The notes beneath the pieces are model-generated. The model saw nothing but the letters and a program-made list of their open reading frames with translations. It was not told the DNA's origin and searched no databases. Position numbers and translations under genes: made by a program. From Paraphysomonas bandaiensis (lineage: Eukaryota > Protista > Chrysophyceae), in contig CBFFRP010000146.1 in NCBI GenBank assembly GCA_965644295.1, positions 372,001 to 436,000 of the forward strand: DNA of 64,000 bases, given 5' to 3'. Positions 40,680 to 51,353 of the stretch are shown one piece after another; position 1 is the first letter of the stretch, and every line of letters starts with the position of its first letter.

Positions 40680-42383
40680 ATTACAATGCAGATACAACGA
40701 TTAATACTACATACTGGTATCAAGATTACAATACATTTTGTTATTGGGGTTTAATGTATCTGCTCTGTCGTATCATCAGAATATAGAGATTGAGGTCAAG
40801 TACGGTACTCATAGGGTGCTATGACGATGAAACTCTGTGGACGAAAAATGCCATAGGAAAGACATACTAGAAATACAGTGTTGGATACTGTGTATATGGT
40901 ATGTATTTGGACTACAATTGTACACTGATAGACCCTTGGGAATTCCTGCAGTCCTACATATATATGTACTGTACTGCTGTGTATAGTCTAGAAGTACGTA
41001 TAGAAGTACATACAGCCAGCTTTTTATAGGAATTCCTGTGCATACGTAACTTTCTTGCTTTGTAGGACATTCTTCTTTTTTTTTTCCTTGCCCATGTACT
41101 CTGTATATGTGGTTAAGCGCTGCAGCGGGATTGCTTGATTGCTGTATATGTACGTATCAGCATCCTTTGTATATTTTTGTTCCAAGATGCCTCTAATATT
41201 GAGACAATAATTATCTGTATTTCAGCCGTAGTTGTATTACAGTAATATATAGGAGTTTTGCTTCAATTTACTTCCGAAAAATAATCAATTTGCTGACTGC
41301 CGATATATATACCTTCAAACTCCTCATAGTTTAGGATGATATTTCAAAACCCTCTCGCCATTCTTCACACTAAATTAATATCTCAATGAGAATATTGTCT
41401 CTACACTTACTTGCTACTACTTTTCATCAATGAATAACTAATTCTTACACTAGCAGCCCTATGAAGTCATATATATCCACTGCTATAAGAATCTCATCAC
41501 TCATTCGATATTTAACATTCGACTAGTTGTAATATACATATCAGTTGATACTTAGACATATGAAGTTGTCAGATATTATATTACAAACATCATCTGGTGT
41601 TATAATCGTCATTATCTTTTGTTTAATAATATTACGTGTGACTGAACTTCGTCGAGCTGTCGATGGAATGTTTGCAAGTGATTATATTGGAATTTCTGTT
41701 CTTATACTGTCACTGTTATTCGTGGTACAGACTAGTTTGGTCTCATTCTTCATTTTTTCCACGGAAAATATAATATATTGCAGTGTTGGGTTATGGTTTT
41801 GCATAGTGCTTTACATGCTAACCAAGGTATTCATATATATATATCTGCTCGAAACAGTGCACAGAATGAGATGCCTCTTTTATAAAAAGACTACCGCTAG
41901 ATTTCACTCGAAACAGTATTGGATGAACTTGGCATTGGTACTACCGAGTTTCGGAATGCTGGTGCTGTGTTCAATGAGCAGGAAGTATAGTATGAACGAT
42001 AGTGGACACTGTCATTTCGGGTTGAAAGATCGAGCTTCGATACCTCTAATATGCTGTGATGCAATACAGAGTCTAGTTTTTGCGTGTCAATTTATGTACC
42101 CTTTATTTCAGTATTCTGACGAATCTAAGACAGTCTACGCACTCGCAATTAAAAACTTAATTGGAGCAACCCTAAGTCTCTCCACTACGTTTGTCAATCT
42201 TGTGATGCATGCGTTGGCGCATGGTGAACAAACCAGTTCTGTGTGCTACTTTTGGTGTCTGTTTGATGTTGCCGTGGATGCTGTGGTAATCAATTGGCTA
42301 TTAGTCCGACCTAAGGAAACTGTCCTCAAAGAAGTATCCGAAGTTGTCATGACAGTAATGGAAGATGCGGTTGTCAATGTCAT
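39859..42383. repeat. 296-bp inverted repeat pair (39859-40154 and 42088-42383) inside the two 7TM genes
   Basis: Manual alignment gives ~18 mismatches in 296 bp, no indels, and an 84-bp perfect run (42273-42356). Confidence 0.9.
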
Positions 42384-44133
42384 TGTTGGAACTGCAACAG
42401 AAAATCCTCCAGGTCCCATTGATACTGCTGATAGTGCTTGTTCAGAGTCGTCGTCTAATGATGTACTAGTACCGTGCTTTGTCCAAGGGAAAGCTATGCC
42501 CAATGTGCTTTCACCTTCGTGTCCAACGGTAGGAAAGTGTAAAAGTGAACCAGTCGGTGCTGCTCACTCCGGCCAGGTACGGCCACTCTGCCAGTGGAAT
42601 CACACTCCTCAGCCACAGTATACTCACAGGAGTAGAGTATCTTCACCCTCTTCTGGAAATTACAAGAGAGAAACATTGTGTGCTCAGATGAATGTTGGTA
42701 CTGGTGCAGATATGGTACCGTCATTCGATATGTGGCAGAACACACTTCAGGAGGGTGGCACCCCTTCATTCACCCCAGAAAGGAGTAGTTTGCCTTCATA
42801 TGCGAGTAAAACAAAGTGTGGTAGGAGTGCTGGTGCATTGTTGCCGTCGAAGCAATGCAATAACACTGCTCAGCCGCAACAACCATCTCACTGTAAAGCA
42901 ACTCCGTCCCACATAGGTAGACATACTACGATCACTCCTAGGTGTAAAGAGATGGGTGATGGACATGTTGGTGTCGTACCATCATTCTCTCAGTGGCAGA
43001 GCACTACCCAACCGCAACCTACTTCCGGGGATAATACTCTTCCACTTCCTCCAGACAGGAAAAATTTGGGTACACAAGAGCATAAGAAAAAAGATGGTGC
43101 ATCTTCGGATGTGGTACCCTCATTCGATCAGTGGCAGAACACTATTCAGTCACAATGCACCAGCGAAGGTTGCACCACACGACCTTTACCGAAGAAGAAT
43201 GGTATAGACACAGCAGGCAGTGAGAAGAAGGGTGGCGTGAATGCTAGCATAGTACCATCATTCTCTCAGTGGCAGAGCACTACCCAACCGCAACCTACTT
43301 CCGGGGATAATACTCCTCCACTTCCTCCAGACAGGAAAAATTTGGGTACACAAGAGCATAAGAAAAAAGATGGTGCATCTTCGGATGTGGTACCCTCATT
43401 CGATCAGTGGCAGAACACTATTCAGTCACAATGCACCAGCGAAGGTTGCACCACACGACCTTTACCGAAGAAGAATGGTATAGACACAGCAGGCAGTGAG
43501 AAGAAGGGTGGCGTGAATGCTAGCATAGTACCATCATTCTCTCAGTGGCAGAGCACTACCCAACCGCAACCTACTTCCGGGGATAATACTCTTCCACTTC
43601 CTCCAGACAGGAAAAATTTGGGTACACAAGAGCATAAGAAAAAAGATGGTGCATCTTCGGATGTGGTACCCTCATTCGATCAGTGGCAGAACACTATTCA
43701 GTCACAATGCACCAGCGAAGGTTGCACCACACGACCTTTACCGAAGAAGAATGGTATAGACACAGCAGGCAGTGAGAAGAAGGGTGGCGTGAATGCTAGC
43801 ATAGTACCATCATTCTCTCAGTGGCAGAGCACTACCCAACCGCAACCTACTTCCGGGGATAATACTCCTCCACTTCCTCCAGACAGGAAAAATTTGGGTA
43901 CACAAGAGCATAAGAAAAAAGATGGTGCATCTTCGGATGTGGTACCCTCATTCGATCAGTGGCAGAACACTATTCAGTCACAATGTACCAGCGAAGGTTG
44001 CACCACACGACCTTTACCGAAGAAGAATGGTATAGACACAGCAGGCAGTGAGAAGAAGGGTGGCGTGAATGCTAGCATAGTACCATCATTCTCTCAGTGG
44101 CAGAGCACTGTTCAGTCGCAACGTATTGGCTGA
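41560..44133 (+). CDS. 7TM receptor-like protein B (paralogue of A) with C-terminal 2x46-aa repeats (4 dimers + partial), intronless, ~857 aa
   Basis: ATG at 41560 (MKLSDI). Same TM/Cys pattern (IYCSV, SGHCHFG, IYIYLLETVH). 276-bp repeat: GTACCATCATTCTC at 42976, 43252 and onward. Confidence 0.8.
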   Translation: MKLSDIILQTSSGVIIVIIFCLIILRVTELRRAVDGMFASDYIGISVLILSLLFVVQTSLVSFFIFSTENIIYCSVGLWFCIVLYMLTKVFIYIYLLETVHRMRCLFYKKTTARFHSKQYWMNLALVLPSFGMLVLCSMSRKYSMNDSGHCHFGLKDRASIPLICCDAIQSLVFACQFMYPLFQYSDESKTVYALAIKNLIGATLSLSTTFVNLVMHALAHGEQTSSVCYFWCLFDVAVDAVVINWLLVRPKETVLKEVSEVVMTVMEDAVVNVIVGTATENPPGPIDTADSACSESSSNDVLVPCFVQGKAMPNVLSPSCPTVGKCKSEPVGAAHSGQVRPLCQWNHTPQPQYTHRSRVSSPSSGNYKRETLCAQMNVGTGADMVPSFDMWQNTLQEGGTPSFTPERSSLPSYASKTKCGRSAGALLPSKQCNNTAQPQQPSHCKATPSHIGRHTTITPRCKEMGDGHVGVVPSFSQWQSTTQPQPTSGDNTLPLPPDRKNLGTQEHKKKDGASSDVVPSFDQWQNTIQSQCTSEGCTTRPLPKKNGIDTAGSEKKGGVNASIVPSFSQWQSTTQPQPTSGDNTPPLPPDRKNLGTQEHKKKDGASSDVVPSFDQWQNTIQSQCTSEGCTTRPLPKKNGIDTAGSEKKGGVNASIVPSFSQWQSTTQPQPTSGDNTLPLPPDRKNLGTQEHKKKDGASSDVVPSFDQWQNTIQSQCTSEGCTTRPLPKKNGIDTAGSEKKGGVNASIVPSFSQWQSTTQPQPTSGDNTPPLPPDRKNLGTQEHKKKDGASSDVVPSFDQWQNTIQSQCTSEGCTTRPLPKKNGIDTAGSEKKGGVNASIVPSFSQWQSTVQSQRIG

Positions 44134-44689
44134 GATTAGACCATGTATTCTTGTCCTGCTGGTGTGGATACTTTAAGAGGATTCACAAGTTTAGTAAGTG
44201 TGCTGCTACAATAATGTCTCTGGCTCAGTGGCAGAACACTCTTCGCTTGAAACACATCACATATATTTATATCTTTGCTTTGTACACATCTGAGATTACT
44301 CCTTGTGAGAGCACAATTGTTGAGTACCTACGTTACTATGTTAGAGGTAGAGTTGTTATAGGGTGTTCGTTTTTGTTTATTTCTTAGATATATTGGGTAT
44401 ATATTGAATTTAGGTGGTGCAGTAATTTTTGACATGTGGCACCCCGCACCCGTCATCTATACACATTCCGAGCCGCTTTGTTGAGTGTTGCTTATAGTAG
44501 GCAATTAAATACTTCAGTTCAATGTTTTGAACTATAGCCGTTGGTGAAGAGTACGTGAGTTAAAGGCAGTATTATATGAATTCAATGAAATGATAATAAT
44601 GTATTTTAGACTATCTGAAATATTGTAAGCCTAACAGTATGGAAATTAGCAATGTAAGATGAGAAATAATTGTCACAATTTTGATTATA

Positions 44690-44870
44690 TGAAAGTCTTA
44701 TTATTAGCAATAGGCGTCGAGAATCAGCACCAGATAAGTAGCTAGATGAAAACTAGTCAAGCTAGGTAGACTTCTACCTGTAACTACTGTAACTAGTTCA
44801 AGTTCTCATATCCTACTATGTAACGCTACGAAAGCTGCTTGTGCGTCGCCGCAAGACAACTTCCATTCAA
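44690..44870 (-). repeat. Fragment of the dispersed repeat family
   Basis: TGAAAGTCTTATTATTAGCAATAGGCGT...AAGCTGCTTGTGCGTCGCCGCAAG is the reverse complement of ~150-318. Confidence 0.8.
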
Positions 44871-45072
44871 TTTTGATTATTAATTGATAGATAGTGTATT
44901 TTCTCTGAGTTCACTTTTATTTACTTCTAAGGTTAAATATGTCAAAATTTGACACGCTGTACATCACTGAGTGTATCATGTTGCTGCTCTGGTTTAGGTC
45001 GAAATAGTAGTTGGCGCATGATTGTGATAGTCGGATAGTGATTAGTTTTGATTTCAACATCTAGACATCGGT

Positions 45073-45305
45073 AAAAATATTTTGAATAGAATAAATATTT
45101 TTGATAAATTATTTTGAAAAAATATTTTGAATAGAATAAATATTTTTGATAAATTATTTTGAAAAAATATTTTGAATAGAATAAATATTTTTGATAAATT
45201 ATTTTGAAAAAATATTTTGAATAGAATAAATTATTTTGAAAAAATATTTTGAATAGAATAAATATTTTTGATAAATTATTTTGAAAAAATATTTTGAATA
45301 GAAAC
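45073..45305. repeat. AT-rich 45-bp minisatellite, ~5 copies (one shortened)
   Basis: GAATAGAATAAA at 45084, 45129, 45174, 45219 and 45251. Confidence 0.9.
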
Positions 45306-45789
45306 TGGCATTATGGCACTGGATTTTTATAACATAAACTATATAATAAATTTTACATCATCACTACACCATCATCATCACGATCATCATCACTGTTACA
45401 ACACCACCATCATCATCACCACCACAACTGGCATTATGGCACTGGCTTTTTATAACATAAACTATATAATAAATTTTATTTTATAACTTTTTCTAATTTT
45501 CATAAAAGCCAAAATGCCAGAAAGCCAAAAAGCCAAAACTATATTTTTATTTTATTATAAGATAATTATTTAATATTATATAAAGTAATTAATTTTTATT
45601 TAAAGTATAGTATTATTAATATAATTATATAGGCCATAATAATTATATTTAAAGATAGAGTGAAAAGGAAGAAAGATTGAGTGAAAAGGAAAGAGTAATA
45701 AAACGAAGTTTTATTACGATACGAGAGCCTTTCTGGCTCAGGAAGAATGCCTAAGCGGCAAGAGCGACCCCTCGGCCCTCCGCCTCTCT

Positions 45790-46872
45790 GTGTGTGCTGT
45801 GATTGCATATCGAGGAGATCCAGAGGTTCGTTCTCGAATGGAATTCCAAGTTCAGTTTGAGGATGGTTCGTTATTATGGCTTCCATGGTCACAGGATATC
45901 GCTTCCACCTCGCAATTTCAGTCGTTTTGTGAGCAGAAACCTCAATTGTTCCCTCTGTTGTTTTCTGCTGCTATGGCAAAATCTGAACGTGCACGTTTGA
46001 AACGTATTCCTATTGAAGGGGTGTCACCTGGTCAAACAATTCATGTAGATTTGCGTGCATGGGGTTCAGATTTCTATGATGAACTTAATCTGCCGAATTG
46101 TTATACAACGATGTATGTTGTCGAATGTTCTTATGTGCGGTGGGCTGGCCGTCGCCAGTTACGTATAGACCTCTATTGCCCTTTGTTCCAATCTACATAT
46201 GAATGGAGTGCCTATGACGTTCACTGCTATGGTCGAGTCACGGAATTTGATCCTTCTACTATGGTATTGGTGGATGCTGCATTCTGCCAACAATATCCTA
46301 CTATTCTCCTCTAATTGTTGATTACTTTTATTTATTTACTATTTCATGATTATATCATATATATATTATAACATTCATACTATTATTCATACTTATTATC
46401 ATAATATTGCTCTACGTATGTTTAGTACTTTTATTTCATGAATTGGATTTTTATTTGCTAATGCTTGGAATGACGCTTTATTGGCTGATACAAGTATTAC
46501 TTCTATTTATCCCAGATATGTATTCTTATTTCTTTTCTCTAGCTGGAGGGAGAAGGGGTAGTGTCACGCATACCTGTAGTTACTGTTATACGTGGAGTTA
46601 TACTGTGTTATACTGCGGTACTCAAGGCAGCATGCTGTTGTACTTTCATTTTCAGTTTATTTAGTATACATTGCGGTTACTGTATTCTTGAAGGGATATA
46701 AGTCCCGTATAACTACAAGTATGATACTGTAAACTGTAGATGATTCACAGCAAGATAGAGTGTTGTATGTTTTCACTTCTTTTCTTTACACGTTTTAACG
46801 TAATTTAATTCATTCTATACTCGCGGTTTGCTTGTGTTAGGAGGCAGTTTCACCGGTTTGGTGTTCTGGACA
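45790..46872 (+). mobile_element. 3' remnant of a chromodomain-bearing Ty3/gypsy LTR retrotransposon (pol C-terminus, PPT, 3' LTR)
   Basis: ORF VIAYRGDP..RMEFQVQFEDGSLLWLPW is chromo-like and has a C-terminal extension, stop at 46314. Purine tract GGAGGGAGAAGGGGTAG at 46545-46561 is directly followed by TGTC (46562) ... GACA (46872), LTR-like termini. Confidence 0.7.
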
Positions 46873-47439
46873 GTGTATTCTCGGTTTGGGAAGCACTTTA
46901 AATTAATAAAACGTTGTAAACACGGTCTTTCTCATCAGAAAGATTACAGGCCATTTGGTTTAACAAATATGTCATCCTCAAAATTTTCTTATTTCCAACA
47001 ACTAGCGTTGAATGAATCTCTGAAGGGTTCCGCAACCCGTGCTCTCAAGTTCAAAGACGTCAGATTCTTATTTGGCTCAGAGGATGTGTGTAACTGTAAC
47101 CTACGTAACTTCAGCAATGATCCTGTGATATGCTTTCCTGAGGACGGTCGCTGTCGCCCCAATAGGTACGGTGGTTTGGGGTGCTGCGACACCTCAAAGC
47201 GTACGAATCTTGTAGTGAACACCTGTGGAGATGTCATCCAAGGACCAAGTCGCCTTCAGCGGGGACTCCTATACATGCAGTACCTGTCTCATATATGGTC
47301 CACAAGGCATAAACTTAGTAATGGGACCTATGTCGTTACAGATGCTTTCACTCCTACTTATGAGGTCATTCCGAATATGGGCCATCATAGTTTTCCTTTT
47401 TATGCTTCGAAAGCTATGAACCGGTGGCTAACAGTCTGA
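46873..47439 (+). pseudogene. 5'-truncated C-terminal part of an alpha/beta-hydrolase-like gene, starting right after the LTR
   Basis: KDVRFLFGSED...C..IQGPSRLQRGLLYMQYL...IPNMGHH..FYAS matches the acid/His C-terminal half of a secreted alpha/beta-hydrolase family. No nucleophile-elbow N-terminal half is seen upstream. Confidence 0.55.
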
Positions 47440-48674
47440 ATACAAATAGGGTTGTTAGGTTTATCACTTGCATAGTAGCAATTTTTGCGGTTTCCGTGTT
47501 TTGATCTATACATTATATTACACAGGCTTATATGGTTTGTTGTATCGTAGTAACTATAAATTAAATTTATACAAGTCTGTAGAATTGCAGAATAATTCAA
47601 CTTCTGCGAAACCATTTGTTAATTAAATTTACCACAAAGCAAGACAGAACTTAATTAATAAAAAATTATGAAAACCATTGTTAATTGCGATTTTGCTACA
47701 TTATACTAGTCAATTAAATATATGACCTGATTGTCAAGTTATGACACAATCGGATGATTCACTAAGTTAACTGGACATGTATTCACTCATTAATCTTATT
47801 ATAAAATTATAATCAATATCTCTTCTCATTCATGATTTCATGTTTTCTCTACGACCAATCATTTCTCGTATGATCTCACATCGTCACTATCTTGTATGAT
47901 CAATATATTATATTCAGTTTCATTACTACAGTAGCCATCATGTTGTTAGTTCTCATAACGCAAGTAACCACTACTGTATTCTTCGACAAACGGTAATAAT
48001 TCCAATACCTTAGAATTACAGCAAAACTCAACACTCCCTCTCAATTCAAAGCTGTACATTGAATCTTCAAACCATGAGACATAACTGATGGGTAGAATTA
48101 CAGCTATTAATTGCCCCAACAGCAATACTCAACACTGACTGGAATAAATATTATACACCAGTGTCCGCGGTTGTGGGACAATAGCGAGGTATGTGTGAGA
48201 TATATATTGTCCTCTATATAATATATATCTTAATGTTGTCCTCAGGGCCCGGGGGACATTGATATCAAGCTCCATTTTTGTCTTAAAGTAAAGCGTAAAG
48301 CAATCGCTGCAATAAAGCGAGTACCCTCATCAACCAGGCCAGTAAATTAGAAGAACTCTTGAATATATGTATACCCTTGGTTTGGTGCTGATAGACACGA
48401 ATAAGAATTTTTTTATGTTTTCTGATACCCCTAAGATTGTTGGATTAGATTATCATGAAATGAAGAAATCTGTGGAGCTTCACCGGATTTGTTGGTCACC
48501 ACGAACTGCCCAATTCTCATTTCGTTGTTAAATGCGTAAATGTGATGTATAACATGAATGTGATCTCTGCATTCATTGGTGACTTAGGTATGGTATTATT
48601 TTTTAGAAAATATTTTTACTTCTGACAACGTGAATACCATAAGCCATAAAGGTTAGGTTTTTACACCAATTTCG

Positions 48675-49420
48675 GTGGGAGTATTATTGTTAGCAATAGG
48701 CGTTTCAGAGTCAGTGCTTAACTCTGATATCCTACTATTTAACGCTATACCAAAGCTGCATATGAGTCATAACAAGCACCAAGGTGCAACTACTTCCCCT
48801 CTACCATTCAAAGCAAATGCAGTGAGCAAGCAGAATGTTGACATACCGATATACCTGACATCTGCTGACTTCAGGATTTTGAGTCCTTAAGGTGAACATC
48901 CCTGATGCTTGACTTCAGCAGGCAGCCCAAACTAGTTAGACCTCTACCTGTAACTAATCAGTACATACTTTTTTTATCCTACAATTTAACGCTCGGAAGC
49001 TGCTTGTGCGTCGCCGCAAGCACCAAGGTGCGACCACTTCCGCTCTGAGTTCTTAAGGTGAACATCCCGGATGCTTGACTTCAGCAGGCAGCCCAATACC
49101 CCGGTTACTCTTCAGGTGGGCCCTGCCCGGATGTCTGTTCATTCGTAAGGGTCAAAGACGCCTACACAAGTGACACTTATTGGTGCCCCTTCTACCACAC
49201 AAGCATTTGCTGACTATGCTTGCAGCTCACGATAGTTAGTTTCTTGGAGAAATATTTCCGGAACTTATCCCCCAGAACACCACGAAAATGTGCGATTTCG
49301 ACTTTGTTGAGGGCCACTTTCCACTTTCAGTGTGACTAGGAAACTCACCCGGCTTGATTAGATCCAATATAATATCCCTGATCTTATACAGCCAGTGTTT
49401 CATTTTTTCTTACAACTTTG
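48675..49420 (-). repeat. Longest copy of the dispersed repeat family, with an internal duplication
   Basis: CTTAAGGTGAACATCCC(T/G)GATGCTTGACTTCAGCAGGCAGCCCAA occurs twice (~48886 and ~49052). Ends TTAGCAATAGGCGT at 48690. Confidence 0.8.
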
Positions 49421-49687
49421 TGAGACTTCATTGAACAGTATAGTACCGTATTAACAAAGTATGTACTTATGTAGTAAGGTATTCCTTAACTAATGGTCAT
49501 TATCACACTGTCATCATCGGCCGCTTGATATATGCGAGCGAGTATTCCTTGCAGTCAAATTGTATCAGACACAACAACCGAAATGTTGATTAATTACAGA
49601 CATAAGAAGAAATAAACGCGCATGACATCCACTACTTCTACCCACTAGCTAGCCAATAATATCTACTCCTATGCGTTCTACATGTGA

Positions 49688-50910
49688 CTATTTCGCTGGT
49701 GGCTCAAGAGGCTCGCTCTTGGCACCGTCTAGCCACGGAGCTTTAGCGTCGTGATAACCCCATTTTCGATACGACTGTAACTCCTCGGGATCACAAGGTA
49801 GTCCTACGTTCCTTGGGTCCTCGGGGAGACAGCAAACAGAATGATTTAGAAACAAGCTAATGTCAAGTGTACCTCGGTTTTCTTTGATATGGTCAAGAAT
49901 ATCGATGCTTCTATGGTCGACCCTGCCCTGTCCCTCTGCCTGTACAACTTTATGCTGCAGCCTCTCGACAGCACCATCCACCCACTTGAAGTGCATCACT
50001 GGCAACACTTGTCGCAAATATACCACTTTTGTGTGCTTGGCTCCCCGTATACCAACCACCTTGTGCTTCCCATCTGAGACAGCAAGAACTGCACGGCGAA
50101 CCATGATCTTGCCAACCGTCCTCAGATTGCACATCACAGGGAATTGGGCAAAAATACTTGCCTCTTCTGGTGGGGTAACTTTGTTGAGTGCCCCATCGGT
50201 GGCCACCCTGTCACGCCACACCCCAAAGATAGCATTGATTCCTTTAGCTTCGCAGGCAGAGAGGAAAGCAGGGAGAGAGTCCCAACCAGAGGGGTACACT
50301 TGCAACTCGTCCGCATCCAACTCTAATATCCAGTCCTCATTACGTAACAAATCCCCATCCCTCAGTTCAGACAAAATCCGCTCCCGTACTATAGCCATGT
50401 TAGAGTTAGACCATAACCCCGTCCACAGGTAGTACCCCGGTAGTCCCCGTGCCCTGAGCACCTCCAGTAGAGGAGAAGAGGGTGTGAGAATACCTTTTTC
50501 GTCGCTTAGAACCAACAGTAGATGCTTGGGCTGGACACCTAGTTCAATGTAGTGTCGAAGAAGGTGGTCCATCATAACCACAGATGTGTCGGCAGCTACA
50601 ATTCCGAAGAGTAATAATCGTCCCGATGTGGCAGGAATGTCAACTTTGCCCAAAGTCGGGAGTTTTCAATACTACCATACGGCGATGAAGAGAAGCTGAC
50701 CCAAGATGCATGAGATTTAGGGTCCCGGTACGGACATCCCTCTTTACTAGCGCATCTGCTGGCAGCAGAGTCACGCTCTAACTGAGACTCTGATTTCCAT
50801 ATTCTCGGAGCGACAACAAACACACCCAACACAACAGTCAAAGCCGCGATATACTTTATTCCAGGTCTTGATATCCATCCCCCGCTATCTCCAGGGACAG
50901 AGCGCCTCAT
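49688..50910 (-). CDS. Type II membrane glycosyltransferase (GT2-like, Glyco_tranf_2_4-type); an intron or frameshift joins the two ORFs near 50645-50750
   Basis: ORF 50596..50910 gives the N-terminal TM (IAALTVVLGVFVV). ORF 49688..50653 has HLLRHYIELGV, the DXD motif WILELDADEL, DRVATDG, GKHKV and MHFKW. Confidence 0.75.
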
Positions 50911-51353
50911 CTGATAACACGATCACACATATAGATACATACATACACATACATACACATATGAACAGAGAGATATACAGACAACAGAGTATTATAATAC
51001 AGCAATACAGAGAAGCTACTCACATTGACTTGTCTGACTGCCTCAATTACGATCACACAGTTAGTTGACGTACACTTTAATGCATCGCTCGCATGTGTTT
51101 AACTGAATCAGCCACAGCCAGGCAGCAGCACCATGAGGCAACAACACGCACATTGAGGAATACGTACGTAGTCTGTAGTCGTACTACTCCCCAACAGCAT
51201 GGCATAGATACGGTATCTATTTACTACATCGTCTGTATTCCATTGTAGTTTATGTACTATGTGTGTATGCATGTATGTGTGTATGCATGTGTGTATCGTT
51301 GTATGGGTCCACTGTGCGCATCTATTGAGAGGCGGTGTTCCGTCAGCACACAC

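Noticed and set aside
48100-48600. GC-richer patch that might be a decayed gene or TE
   Set aside because: No ORF, repeat partner or termini identified.
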